DNA of 63,432 nt, the filler included, from Chiloscyllium plagiosum (Eukaryota): NCBI RefSeq assembly GCF_004010195.1. It is 5 parts of one record of this genome, joined end to end, with 100 filler letters (N's around TTAATTAATTAA, not from the genome) between each part and the next. Parts side by side here need not be neighbours in the genome. Positions count along the whole stretch, not along the records: positions 36,719 to 53,410 come from NC_057717.1; 4 more parts are not named here. The stretch is one strand, 5' to 3'. The notes below the pieces were generated by a model. It did not search any database. It was not told the DNA's origin and was given only the letters and a program-made list of their open reading frames with translations. Position numbers and translations under genes: made by a program. Positions 37,186 through 49,330 of this stretch are shown piece after piece. Numbering within the stretch: the first letter of the stretch is position 1; every line of letters begins with the position of its first letter.

Positions 37186-39229
37186 CACATTGGGACCTAT
37201 AGGAAACCACACTGAGCTGGTTATTTCTATGCTGCTGGACTGCTCGGTCAAAAAGAACTCTCACCAACGTGACGATCGCGACGGGACTGAGGATGTGGTA
37301 AATGGTCAGACTGTAGTCATTCCCTTGTTATGGGACTGGATATAGTTGAGTAATTTTTCACGTGGCCAGACAGATGTCAGAGTTGGAGCTGGAATTAAAC
37401 AGCTTCCCCAGGGGCATAGCTTGTTGTGCAGCACAAGTCTTCAGTCCTATTGCAGGAATGGTATCAGGGCCCATTGCCTGTGTCGTATCTACTGTGTTCA
37501 GCTGTTTCTTCATGTCACGTGCAGCGAATCAAATTGGTTGAAGACTGGCATCTATGATTCTGTGGGCTTCATGGCAAGGGTGAGTTAGATCATCCACTCA
37601 ACACTTCTGGCTGTGGATGGTGCAGACACTACATCCTTGTCTTTTGCACTGATGTACAGAGCTGCTCCGTTATTTATGATGGGGATACTTGTGGAGTCCA
37701 CTCCTCCAGTAAGTTGTTTAATAGTCCATTGACAATGATGACTGAATGTGACAGGGCTGCAGAGTTTCGATCTTAGCTTTTTGTCTTGGGATCAATTTCC
37801 CCCTCTCCATCAGATGGTAGTTCTGCTATTTGGAATGTAACCAGTCAAGGACGGTAGCTTTAATGGGTTGTCATCAGGTTTAGATACACATGGTTCTGAC
37901 TCTGGCATGTTCATTCAAACTCGTCACTGAACCATCACTCGACTTGATGATAATGGTACAGTGATGGATTACCCTGGGGGAAAAGTTATGGATTGTGATT
38001 GATTGCAATTCTGGTGCGGCTGCTGCTGTGATCACCCAGTGTGAACTGCAATATCTGCAAATCAATTCTACTGACTTTCCCCCAGTTCTCACCGAGACCC
38101 ATTCACCCATCAGCCCTGTACTCAGTGACCGAACCTGGTTTCCAGTTTCATATTCTCATTCTGCTGAGGGGCTGAGGTCACGCCTCCAATTCGTTACATT
38201 ACTCAGATACTTTAACATATTAAGCTGAAACATTTTCTTTCACGTAATACCATCTGCTGTGTTTGAAGTGAATGTTTTTTCCTTTGTTTTTCTCCTTGAC
38301 CATGATTAAGACCTCTGTCGTGTCAGTGATGCCAGCCAATGAACTTGTGCACTTTGCGTTTTGTTCACTTCCCAATGTACGGCGCTCTGTGCCGGAGAGG
38401 ACTTTTGAGCAGATTCGTCACACGTCTTTGGAAAATGTTCAAAAACAGAAATTGCTGAAGAAACTAAGCAGGTCTTGCTGCATCTTGTGGAGTGAAAGCT
38501 GAGTTCATCTTTCGGGTCCAGTGACCCTTGGACAAAGCTCCCAGTTTCTACAGCAATTTGTGTTTTTTCATTTACAGTATCAATAGTTATTTATTTAATT
38601 TGTGCTGTGCCTATTCATTTCTGGAGAAACTCAGCAGGTCTTTCAGCATCTGCAGAGACAGAGAAACAGAGTTAGTGTTTCAAGTCCAGTGTGACCCTTC
38701 AGAACTGAAAAGGATCGGAAATTGGGCATTTTAGTTCCTTGCCAGAGGTGGGGGGTAAATGACAGGGAAAAGAGATTGTGACAACAGATAAACAGGCTTT
38801 TAGCAGTGGCGAAAAGAGAAGATGGTATATTTTAGCAGTGGTGAACGAGAAGATGATATAAAATGAATTTAAATTAAGATGTGAATGGGGAAAGTGGTTA
38901 TCTCTATTGAGTGCAAGATAAAGAGGACACAACCACATAAGGTCATAGGGAGGCCAGGAGGGAGAATGTTGAACATGTGGAATTATATAGATCTGGCCAG
39001 AGATACAATTTGACTTTAGAGATCATCACCACCATCAGACAAAGGAATACAGGTGCTTGACGGCTTATTGGCACTAGTAACATTTCCATGCTTCCTTAGT
39101 ATTGTAATTTCAAGAAGAAAACAAATAACAGGATGACGTTTGGGGGGAGTGCTGTTCACCTGTCACTTTTAATATTGTTTCAAATTTACAGTGCTGATCT
39201 TTAAATGCTTGTTCTTGAAGTTAATATCA

Positions 39230-39630
39230 GGTGGAGTGTAGGAGATTGAGGGGTGACATTATAGAAATTTACAAAATCAGGGGAGACATGGACAGGGTGA
39301 AAAGCCAAGGTCTTTTCCACAGGATAGGAAAATTAAATCATAGAACCATATGTTTCTGGTGGAAGAGGGAAGATTTAAAAGGGAGGAAGAGGGAACTTTT
39401 TTTTAACACAGAGGGTGACGTGTTTATTGAATGAGCTGCCAAAGGAACTGGCAGATGCAAGTACAGCTCCAAGATTTAAAAGACATTAGGACAAACATAT
39501 GAATGGGAACCATTTAGAGGCATGTGTGCCTAATGCAAGCAGAGGGGAATTGTTTAGTTTGGAAAACCTGGCCGGCATGGACAAGTTGGACCAAATATTG
39601 TGTTTATACGCGATATTACTGTATAAATAT
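39230..39630 (+). mobile_element. CR1-type LINE 3' fragment (mirror 50440-50840)
   Basis: ECRRLRGDIIEIYKI.G.MDRV motif and CR1-like 3' UTR. Confidence 0.85.
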
Positions 39631-39779
39631 AGGAAGTGAAGAAAAGGGAAGTAAAGATGTGATGTAAGCAAATGGGCAAGAAATGTAAAAAACAAGCAGC
39701 ACGAGCTTTTCCGTGTATGTAAGAAGAGTTCAAGAGATCTTTGGTAGAAAGAAAGTCAGGAAAGTATATTAAGGACAAT

Positions 39780-40640
39780 TGGAGGTGTGACTGGGGAACT
39801 GGATACAGGGAACAGAGATAATTTACACCAGTATTTTACATCGTTCCTCAAGGTGAAGGTGCTGTAAATATTTCAATGGTATAAACAAACTGGTAATAGG
39901 AGGGAAGATCTTGAACTGTCTCTAACAGAAGGAACAAGGCAATTCTCAAACAGATAAGACCAAGGATAAACAGGTCATAAACAATTCATAGCTGGTTTTA
40001 AAAGAAGTGGTCACAGAGTGGCTAGAGGTACTGTGTGAAATATTCCATAACTCTCTGGATTAAAGGAGTGATCCAGTGAAACTGGAGACCCTCCAATCTG
40101 GCTCCTGTCTTCAAGAAACGAGCGAGACAGAAAGCAGGAACCACTTAGCCTAACCATTATTGCTGGGAATCTGTGAGAGTCTGTTATTAAGGACGGGACT
40201 GCAGAGCATTCAGAAAAGCTTCACACAGAGTCAGCATGGTCTTGTTAACGGCGAACTATATTTTGCCTGTTTTGCAATGTTTTTCTGGAAATCCATGAGA
40301 ATGTAACAAGTGGGCTTGATAAAGGGAGACTGAAAGACATGAGGCTTTCCAGAGATTTTCCACAAGGTATCACAAAATAAAGGTTCTTACGCAAGACAGA
40401 AGCTCATAGTATGACGGATAATGCATGAGCATGGGATGACACTTCGTAAACACTTACAAATCGGAGAGTCATCATTCTTTGGTCTTTAAGGAAAAAATGT
40501 ATCTATTCAGGTACCACGAATATCAGTCCAATGGCAAGAGCTGCTTACAAGATCTGCACTCAGCTCCTGACGGCGGGAGCTGAGTGTAATATACATCCGA
40601 GTTTGAGGATGACACTGACGACCAAAAGGCAGGCTGTTAT
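39780..40640 (+). mobile_element. Old, heavily decayed CR1 RT fragment (mirror 49420-50280)
   Basis: Remnants of LKEV, QSQHG, LDKG, KV.. and F.DDT in the collinear CR1 order. Confidence 0.55.
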
Positions 40641-40659
40641 TAAATGGAGAGGACTCCCA

Positions 40660-41990
40660 AAAAAAGGGATAACCCTAGTAACTATAGGCCGGTGAGTCTC
40701 ACTTCTGTTGTGGGCAAAATCTTAGAGAGAATTGTAAGGGATAGGATTTATGAACATCTGGATAGGAATAATGTGATCAAGGATAGTCAGCATGGTTTTG
40801 TGAAGGGCAGGTCGTGCCTCACAAACCTTATTGAATTCTTTGGGAAGGTAACTAAGGAGGTGGACGAGGGGAAAGCAGTAGATGTGGTGTATATGGATTT
40901 TAGTAAGGCGTTTGATAAGGTTCCCCATGGTAGACTACTGCAAAAAAATACGGAGGTATGGCATTGAGGGTGAGATGGAGGTTTGGATTAGGAGTTGGCT
41001 GGCTGGAAGAAGACAGAGGGTAGTAGTTGATGGCAAAGGTTCATCTTGGAGTGCCGTCACTAGCGGTGTTCCACAAGGATCTGTTTTGGGACCATTGCTG
41101 TTTGTCATTTTTATAAATGACCTGGAAGAGGGGTTAGAAGGTTGGGTGAGAAAGTTTGCGGATGATACGAAAGTCGGAGGAGTTATTNNNNNNNNNNNNN
41201 NNNNNNNNNNNNNNNNNNNNNNNNNNNNNNNNNNNNNNNNNNNNNNNNNNNNNNNNNNNNNNNNNNNNNNNNNNNNNNNNNNNNNNNNNNNNNNNNNNNN
41301 NNNNNNNNNNNNNNNNNNNNNNNNNNNNNNNNNNNNNNNNNNNNNNNNNNNNNNNNNNNNNNNNNNNNNNNNNNNNNNNNNNNNNNNNNNNNNNNNNNNN
41401 NNNNNNNNNNNNNNNNNNNNNNNNNNNNNNNNNNNNNNNNNNNNNNNNNNNNNNNNNNNNNNNNNNNNNNNNNNNNNNNNNNNNNNNNNNNNNNNNNNNN
41501 NNNNNNNNNNNNNNNNNNNNNNNNNNNNNNNNNNNNNNNNNNNNNNNNNNNNNNNNNNNNNNNNNNNNNNNNNNNNNNNNNNNNNNNNNNNNNNNNNNNN
41601 NNNNNNNNNNNNNNNNNNNNNNNNNNNNNNNNNNNNNNNNNNNNNNNNNNNNNNNNNNNNNNNNNNNNNNNNNNNNNNNNNNNNNGACAGTGAGAATCTT
41701 TTTCCATGTATGGAGTCAGCTATTACAAGGGGGCATAGCTTTAAATTAAGGGTTGGTAGGTATAGGACAGATGTTAGGGGTAGGTTCTTTACTCAGCGAG
41801 TCGTGAGTTCGTGGAATGCCCTGCCAGTAGCAGTGGTGGACTCTCCCTCATTATGGGCATTTAAGTGGGCATTGGATAGGCATATGGAGGATAGTGGGCT
41901 AGTGTAGGTTAGGTGGGCTTGGATCGGCGCAACATCGAGGGCCGAAGGGCCTGTACTGCGCTGTATTCTTCCTTGTTCTATGTTCTATGT
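40660..41990 (+). mobile_element. Young 5'-truncated CR1-type LINE spanning an N gap, specific to the left arm of P3
   Basis: [61 protein letters not shown]; (TTCTATG)n tail at ~41975-41990. Confidence 0.97.
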
Positions 41991-42109
41991 TAAGCCAGTT
42001 GGATTTCTTTAGTCAGCTACAAGTAATTAACAGAAATAACTGAAGAGTATGATGGATATGTAGTTAGCTCTGCTGCCTCACATCACCAAGGAACTGCGTT
42101 CACTTCCAA

Positions 42110-42335
42110 ACTCAGGTGAGTTTGAACATTCTCCACGTATTTGCGTGGGTTCCCTCCCAATGCTCCAGTTTCCTCCCAGAGTACACAGATGTGCAGCTTA
42201 CAGTGGATTGGCCATGCTACATTGCCCATTGTTGAGAGAGCGTCCCTTCATGGTATCCTCTGTCAGTTTGGGGGAATTGAACCTGTGCTGCTGGCCTCCC
42301 TCTGCATCACAAACCAGCCGTCCAGCCAACTGATT
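42110..42335. mobile_element. HE1 V-domain fragment (+) adjoining an oppositely oriented tRNA-derived SINE head (-); mirror 47788-48012
   Basis: gagtttgaacattctccacg...ctccagtttcctccca; mirror reads tcagttggctggacggctggtttgtg...ggttcaattccc (A/B-box-like). Confidence 0.6.
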
Positions 42336-42683
42336 GGGAGACAGTGTAACTGTTACAGACAGAAACAGGCACAGGCAAAGGGCAAGAGAAACGTTCATAA
42401 CAAGGAAAATGGTATAATTCAGATAATGGTCAAGATAACAGCTGAGGATAAAAAGTTCTCTGCTCAAAATTGATTGCATTTCATAACCAGACAAGTGTTG
42501 AGAAGCAGTGTTTGGCTGAATACAATAAAGTGAGACAAAGTGAAATAGCCAGAATTACTAATTGTGATTAGATATAAAATAAATGCATATTTTTACAGGA
42601 ACCCAGGGGGTTGAATGCCTGAAGGTTTCTGTAGCTGAAAATGGGAATTCTTTGGAACACTATCTGGAATTTTCCATATTCAA

Positions 42684-42684
42684 A

Positions 42685-42778
<94 letters not shown>
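42684..42778 (+). repeat. (TG)n(GA)n microsatellite (mirror compound microsatellite 47324-47456; third copy 53511-53550)
   Basis: Directly visible. Confidence 0.95.
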
Positions 42779-42781
<3 letters not shown>

Positions 42782-45129
42782 CAGATACTGCACTGAACTT
42801 GGTGGTGAGCTCAGACCATGCTCGGTGGGGCTGGTGGTGAGGCCTCCTCTGGGAAGAGAATGGACCCCCCTGTACTAGCCCATCCACTAGGACCGCTGTG
42901 CCCCTGTTGAAAAACCGTGGTGTTAGTTCCCCTTACCTGCCATGCTCGGGGTCAACTGTGCAGGGTGGCTTCAAACTGAGAAATTACAACATTGTGCCCA
43001 TTGGCCTTTGAAAGATGGCACCAGTGTCAGTGATCATAGAATAGCCAGGGGCATCAGTGCGATGGTAAGTCTCTCCAGCCATGTTAGGTTGGAGAATTGG
43101 GGTGGCATTGAATGCGAGGAACACTATGAGATTAAGTGGATAGTTAATGTGGTGAGTCCGATAAGATAGCACCATGAAACTAGTTCAGTCTCGTACAGAT
43201 AATCCCTTTGTCACACTCAATAAAAATGTCACTGAGACAAACTATTGTTAGATTCAGACCAATGAGTCGAAGACTCTGCTGACCCCACACCCAGATACAA
43301 AGTTGCAGAACAAATGTTCATCTAAAACTCTCCCTCATCTTTATTGACGCCAATATCCCCTTCATCTATCACCCTGGGAGTACTGGCTCATGTTGTAGGA
43401 TGCTGTCGAAATGTCTTCATTTCAGCATTCTGAAACCTGTGATCTTACATGAAATTGTCTCTCAATTTCCCTTTTGCTTTTTTACACAAAATCCTTTTTA
43501 TTGTTGGTAGTTATACTGATTTCTCCGCCATCTCTCTCTGGCAGGAACTAGGGAATACGGACTAGGCAATAAGGGCTCTGTATCAGAGTGATCATATAAC
43601 TAGACGGGTAATTCAAAGACACGGGCTGTGACTCCAAGGCAGTGTTTAAAATCTACCATAGCCGATGACAGAGCTTAAATTCGAATGACAAAAATTGGAA
43701 TGCAACTTAATTTCACTCATGGAAACCAGAAACCGTTAAGATTTATTTTTATTATTTCACTGATAGTCTTTGCTAAAGAAACTTAACATTATTACCCAGA
43801 CTGAACTCAGTGTGACTTCAGACCCACAACAAAATTATTGGCTCCATTTTGTCTTGACAAATGGCCGGGTAGTCAAGGACAATTAGTGATGGACAACAAA
43901 TGCTGCCCTTGCCAGTGATGCTGGCATCCCGTGAAACAACAGCATTAAATGTGAAATAAACCAAGGAACGGTGGAGGCTAGAGATCGAAAATAAAATTCT
44001 CCAGCGTCTGAAAGTGTTGGAGAATCTTGCAGGTATGGCAGCCTCTGTCAGGAGAAATGCAGATAACGGTTTGAGCCCAATGACCCTGCTTCACAACTGA
44101 AAGCAAACTGGGAAATAATATTATTTATCCTGGTATCATGGATGGTTGGGGTGGAGAGAGAGGTGGGGGCCAGGTTTAAATTGATTGGGTGGAGAAATGG
44201 CCGAAAAAGAGAGGAAAAGAAAAGAAATGAAAAGTGAGCAAAAGTGCTGCTAATGAACTGAAAGGAAAACAAAATGGCAAGTTATTCTCACATTTCCCCA
44301 TTTTCCCATATTCCTGTATATCGCATCCATTTAGATTTGTCCCTGATTAAAGTGAGTTAGGTTCCCTGTATCTCTCTTCTGTGAGAGTGATGATTAAATC
44401 CATTAGCAATGCTGGTGCTGCCCTTATAGTTGATGAGATATAGAGAAAGGTAATGTTACATTGTCAACTACTTCTTTGGAGAGAGAGACAGTTACTGTGG
44501 GAGTGTGCAGAGATGCAATGGCTTTCTCAGCCAGCAAGAGAAACTCAGGAGTGGTAATAGTTTTCAACACTGAGCGCGTGCACGTTCCATGTGGGCAATT
44601 GACTTGTTCCTGTCATTGGAAAATCAGTGGAGTTTCTGTGGATGCTTAACTCGGGTTTGTATCATCAGCTGCTGGGTCTGGTGACCCCACTCTATACACT
44701 GCATTTACAGAATGTCTGGGTCCATGGTAAACAAATGGTGATGAGGCTCCACAGATGTACAGCCACAACGATACTCAACATTCATTGTTCTGATAAATGA
44801 GTAGGGAGGTGCAGGACAGTGCATTATCTTTCCTGGGATTTCCCGTGACATTTGTCTAAGCTGGACCAGGTGTCAGGTATGAAACCAGTTTGTTTCAAAA
44901 TTGAGGTTGTTACTGAGCTGTGCCCCCTCCTTCAGCATACTGTGCAGCCTCACATACCAGTGACAGGACTGTGCTGATGCTCATCATGAATTAACCTGGA
45001 TTAATTCTGGAACTTCCCAGGCATATCCATCATCACCGGATTGCAGTCCTCCGATATATTCACTGGCTGACAGAACCCATCTGTCCGCTAAGAGCAATAT
45101 ATTGTGTCCATCTCCCTGAAGGTACAGAA

Positions 45130-45686
45130 AGTAACTTCCAGAAATAGAAGGGAACAGAGTGACTGATGAAAATGGGGAACAACAGGAAATTAGAATTAAT
45201 AAAAGGTACGTCTTTCAAAATCTCATTGAATTTATGGTTGGTATATTGCTGCATCTGATGAGTTACATCCCAGAGTATTGAGGAGGTGGCAGTAGAGCTA
45301 GTGAAAGAATTACTGATTATTCTTCAAAGCTGGTTAGATTCTGGAAAGGATCCTCCGGACTGGAAACAGCTATTGTGAACCTAAATATTTAAAACAGGAC
45401 GGAGAGAGCAAACGGCAAACTAAACAGTGGTTAGCTTGATGTAAGCTGTGAGAAAAACATTGGAACCTTTTGTGAGAAATGTGACAACTAGACCCTTGGA
45501 AAATAATGACATGATTCGGTAGAGTCAATCTAAATTCAGGAAGGGGAAATTATCTTGATCTTTGATAAACCTGCTGGATTTTGTGGAGGTTGTCCGTTGT
45601 GACATCGACAATTGAGAACCAGTGGGAATGAAGTATTTGAATTTTCAGCAGATATTTGACAAGGTTGAATACAGGTGAGTAGATAA
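45130..45686 (+). mobile_element. Old CR1 RT fragment (paralogous copy 58240-59000)
   Basis: Decayed LDSGK.P.DWK.A, FRKGKL.LINLL.F and FDKV motifs. Confidence 0.7.
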
Positions 45687-47323
45687 NNNNNNNNNNNNNN
45701 NNNNNNNNNNNNNNNNNNNNNNNNNNNNNNNNNNNNNNNNNNNNNNNNNNNNNNNNNNNNNNNNNNNNNNNNNNNNNNNNNNNNNNNNNNNNNNNNNNNN
45801 NNNNNNNNNNNNNNNNNNNNNNNNNNNNNNNNNNNNNNNNNNNNNNNNNNNNNNNNNNNNNNNNNNNNNNNNNNNNNNNNNNNNNNNNNNNNNNNNNNNN
45901 NNNNNNNNNNNNNNNNNNNNNNNNNNNNNNNNNNNNNNNNNNNNNNNNNNNNNNNNNNNNNNNNNNNNNNNNNNNNNNNNNNNNNNNNNNNNNNNNNNNN
46001 NNNNNNNNNNNNNNNNNNNNNNNNNNNNNNNNNNNNNNNNNNNNNNNNNNNNNNNNNNNNNNNNNNNNNNNNNNNNNNNNNNNNNNNNNNNNNNNNNNNN
46101 NNNNNNNNNNNNNNNNNNNNNNNNNNNNNNNNNNNNNNNNNNNNNNNNNNNNNNNNNNNNNNNNNNNNNNNNNNNNNNNNNNNNNNACGGCCAAGGGCAG
46201 CATGTGTTTTCCATCACTAATTATACTTGACCACACGGCCATTTGTCAAGACAAAATGGAGCCAAAAGTTTTGTTGTGGGTCTGAAGTCACACTGAGCTC
46301 AGACTGGGCAATGATGTTAACATTCTTTGCCAAAGACTATCAGTGAAATAATAAAAATAAATCCTGACGGTTTCTGGTTTCCAAGAGTGAAATTAGGTTT
46401 CATTCCAATTTTTGTCATTCGAATTTAAGCTCTGACTACGGCTGTGGTAGGATGTTAAACACTATCTTGGAGTCACATCCCGTGCCTCTGAATTACCCAT
46501 CTAGTTACATGATCACTCTGATACAGAGCCCTTATTGCCTCGTCCGCATTCCCTAGCCCTTGCCAGAGAGAGATGATGGTGAAATCAGTTTAACTGCCAA
46601 CAATCAATAGGATTTTGGGAAAAAAAGCGAAAGGGAGATTGAGCGACAATTTCATGTAAGATCACAGGTTTCAGAATGCCTAAATGAAGGCATTTCGACA
46701 GCATCCTATAACATGAGCCAGTATTCCCAGGATGATAATTGAAAGGGATTATGGCGTCAATAAAGATGAGGGAGAGTTTTAGATGAAAATTTGTTCTGCA
46801 ACTTTGTAACTGGGTGTGAGGTCAGCAGAGACTTCGACTCATTGGGCTGAATCTAACAATAATTTGTCTCAGTGACATTTTTACTGAGTGTGACAGAGGG
46901 ATTGTCTGTACGAGACTGAACTAGTTTCATGGTGCTATCTTATCGAACTCACCACATTAACTACCCACTCAATCTCATCGTGTTCCTCGCATTCAATACC
47001 ACCCCAATTCTCCAACCCAACATGGCCGGAGGGACTCACCATCGCACGAATGTCCCTGGATATTCTATGATCACTGACACTGGTGCCATCTTTCAAAGGC
47101 CAATGGGCACACTGTTATACTTCCGTAGTTTGGAGCCACCTTGCACAGTTGACCCTGAGCATGGCAGATAAGGAGAACTAACACCACGATGTTTCAACAG
47201 GAACACAGAGGTCCTCGTGAATGGGCTAGTATAGGAGGTTCATTATCTTCCCAGAGGAGATCTCACCACCAGCCGCACCGAACATGGTCTGAGCTACCAC
47301 CCAGCTCACTGCAGCATCTGCGG

Positions 47324-47398
<75 letters not shown>

Positions 47399-48829
47399 AA
47401 TACACAGACACACACACACACATATACACACACACACGCACACGCACACACACACAAATTCCAGATTTTGTTCTAAAGAAGTCCCATTTTCAAGTACAGG
47501 AACGTACAGTCTTTCAACCCCCTGGATTCCTGCAAAAATATGCACTTAATTTATATCCAATCACAATCAGTAATTCTGGCTATTTCATTTTGTCTCACTT
47601 TATTATATTCAGCCAAACAATGCTTCTAAGCACTTGTCCCGTTATGAAATACAATTTTGAGCAGAAAACGTTTTATCCTCAGTTGTTCTCTTGACCGTTA
47701 TCTGAATTGTACCATTTTCCGTGTTATGAAAGTTTCTCTTGCCCTTTGCCTGTGCCTGTTTCTGTTTGTAGCAGTTACACAGTCTCCACTCAGTTGGCTG
47801 GACGGCTGGTTTGTGTTGCAGATGGAGGCCAGCAGCGCAGGTTCAATTCCCCCACACTGACAGTGGATACTATGAAGGGGACGTTCTCTCAAAAATGGAC
47901 AATCTAGCATGGTCAATCCACTATAAGCTGCACATCTGTGTACTCTGGGAGGAAACTGGAGCATTGGGAGGGAACCCACACAAATACGTCGAGAATGTTC
48001 AAACTCACCTGAGTTTGGAAGTGAACGCAGTTCCTTGGTGATGTGAGGCAGTAGATCTAACCACATATCCATCATACTCTTCATTTAGTTCTGTTAATTA
48101 CTTGTAGCTGACTAAAGAAATCCAACTGACTTGTTCTGATAACTGAACCTGACAGAATCTTATACCTTTATCATCGGCCATATCGCCAACCTGGTTACAT
48201 TTAAAATTTGTTGTGAGCAGTGGAGGAGTGGGATTAGAAATGGAAACAGTGACAACCTCCAACCTCAGTCAGAACCGCAGTGAGGAGAAAGTCACAAAGT
48301 GGGAATTCATTCAAGTGGGAATTCTCTCACCCAGATGTTTGGGAGAGTTGAATCTTCATATTATGTCGAGGCTGGCTTTGTCTGATTTTCCATAGACAGG
48401 TGAATCAGGGATCATTGTGAAATCAGAGAAAAGTGCAGCTGGGACCACAATGACATGAGCCATGACTTTATTGACTGGTGCAATAGTGTCAAAGTGCAGA
48501 ATGGCCCAGTTGTGACTATCAGCCCTATGTTCTGATGTTTCATTCAGCCCTTCGATCCTGCTGTACAGGACCAGATTAAGGCCACTCCAATGGTTTGGTG
48601 TAGTTTGGCAAATGCATTGGAAAGTCCAGGCTGGGTCAGGAAGTGAGCCCCACCCCATCCCTCTATCCAGACTTCCCCTCACTTAACTTCTGCTCCTGGT
48701 GTCGGTCATGTTACAGGCCCAGATTCGCCTTGAATACAGTCCCCATGCCCCACACAAGGTCAACTCAGACAAATCCTCTGCTGTCTCTGAATGAAACATG
48801 ATTTCCAGGAAAATAATCAAAGTATTTTC

Positions 48830-49330
48830 TGAAAACATAAATAAGAACTTAAGAAATAGGAACAGGAGCAGGCTATTCTGCCCCTTAGACCTGCGCTGTC
48901 ATTCAATAAGAACATGGCTGACCTACTCCACAGTTCAACTCCACTTTCCTACTAACCGTTTGCATCCGTCAACTCGCTGAAATGTCACAAACCAATCCAC
49001 CCGTCGGTAAATACAATCAGTGACCAAGCCTCCACAACACTCTGGGTTAGGAAATTCCAGTCATTCACTACCTGCTGAATGAAGACATTTCTTTACATCT
49101 AAGTTTGAAATTGATATTCCTTATTCTGTATCTACATACCTGACTTCGAAACTCTGTCCTGGTGTAGAACCATATTCTGATCACTGACCTTGTCAAGCCC
49201 CCTCTGTATCTTATCCGTTTCAGTAATGACACCCTCATTCATTTAAGCCACAATGAATAATTGCATCAGCATTTTTGATGTAATCAATAATTCAACACTT
49301 TCATCCCAGGAACCAGTCTAATGAACCAAC
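48830..49330 (-). mobile_element. Old CR1-type 3' fragment
   Basis: aagaaataggaacaggagcaggctattc...gccattcaataag...catggctgacc is a reverse-complement CR1 tail. Confidence 0.6.

Noticed and set aside
42930..43175. Short ORF and CAG|GTAAG donor on the minus strand of the segmental unit (also 53886)
   Set aside because: The ATG and frame are not kept in copy 3, the donor is mutated in the 47170 copy, and no homology is recognisable.
44835..45018. NF-kB-like sites GGGATTTCCC and GGAACTTCCC
   Set aside because: Short motifs, both altered in the paralogous copy (~57949, 58123); no supporting promoter context.
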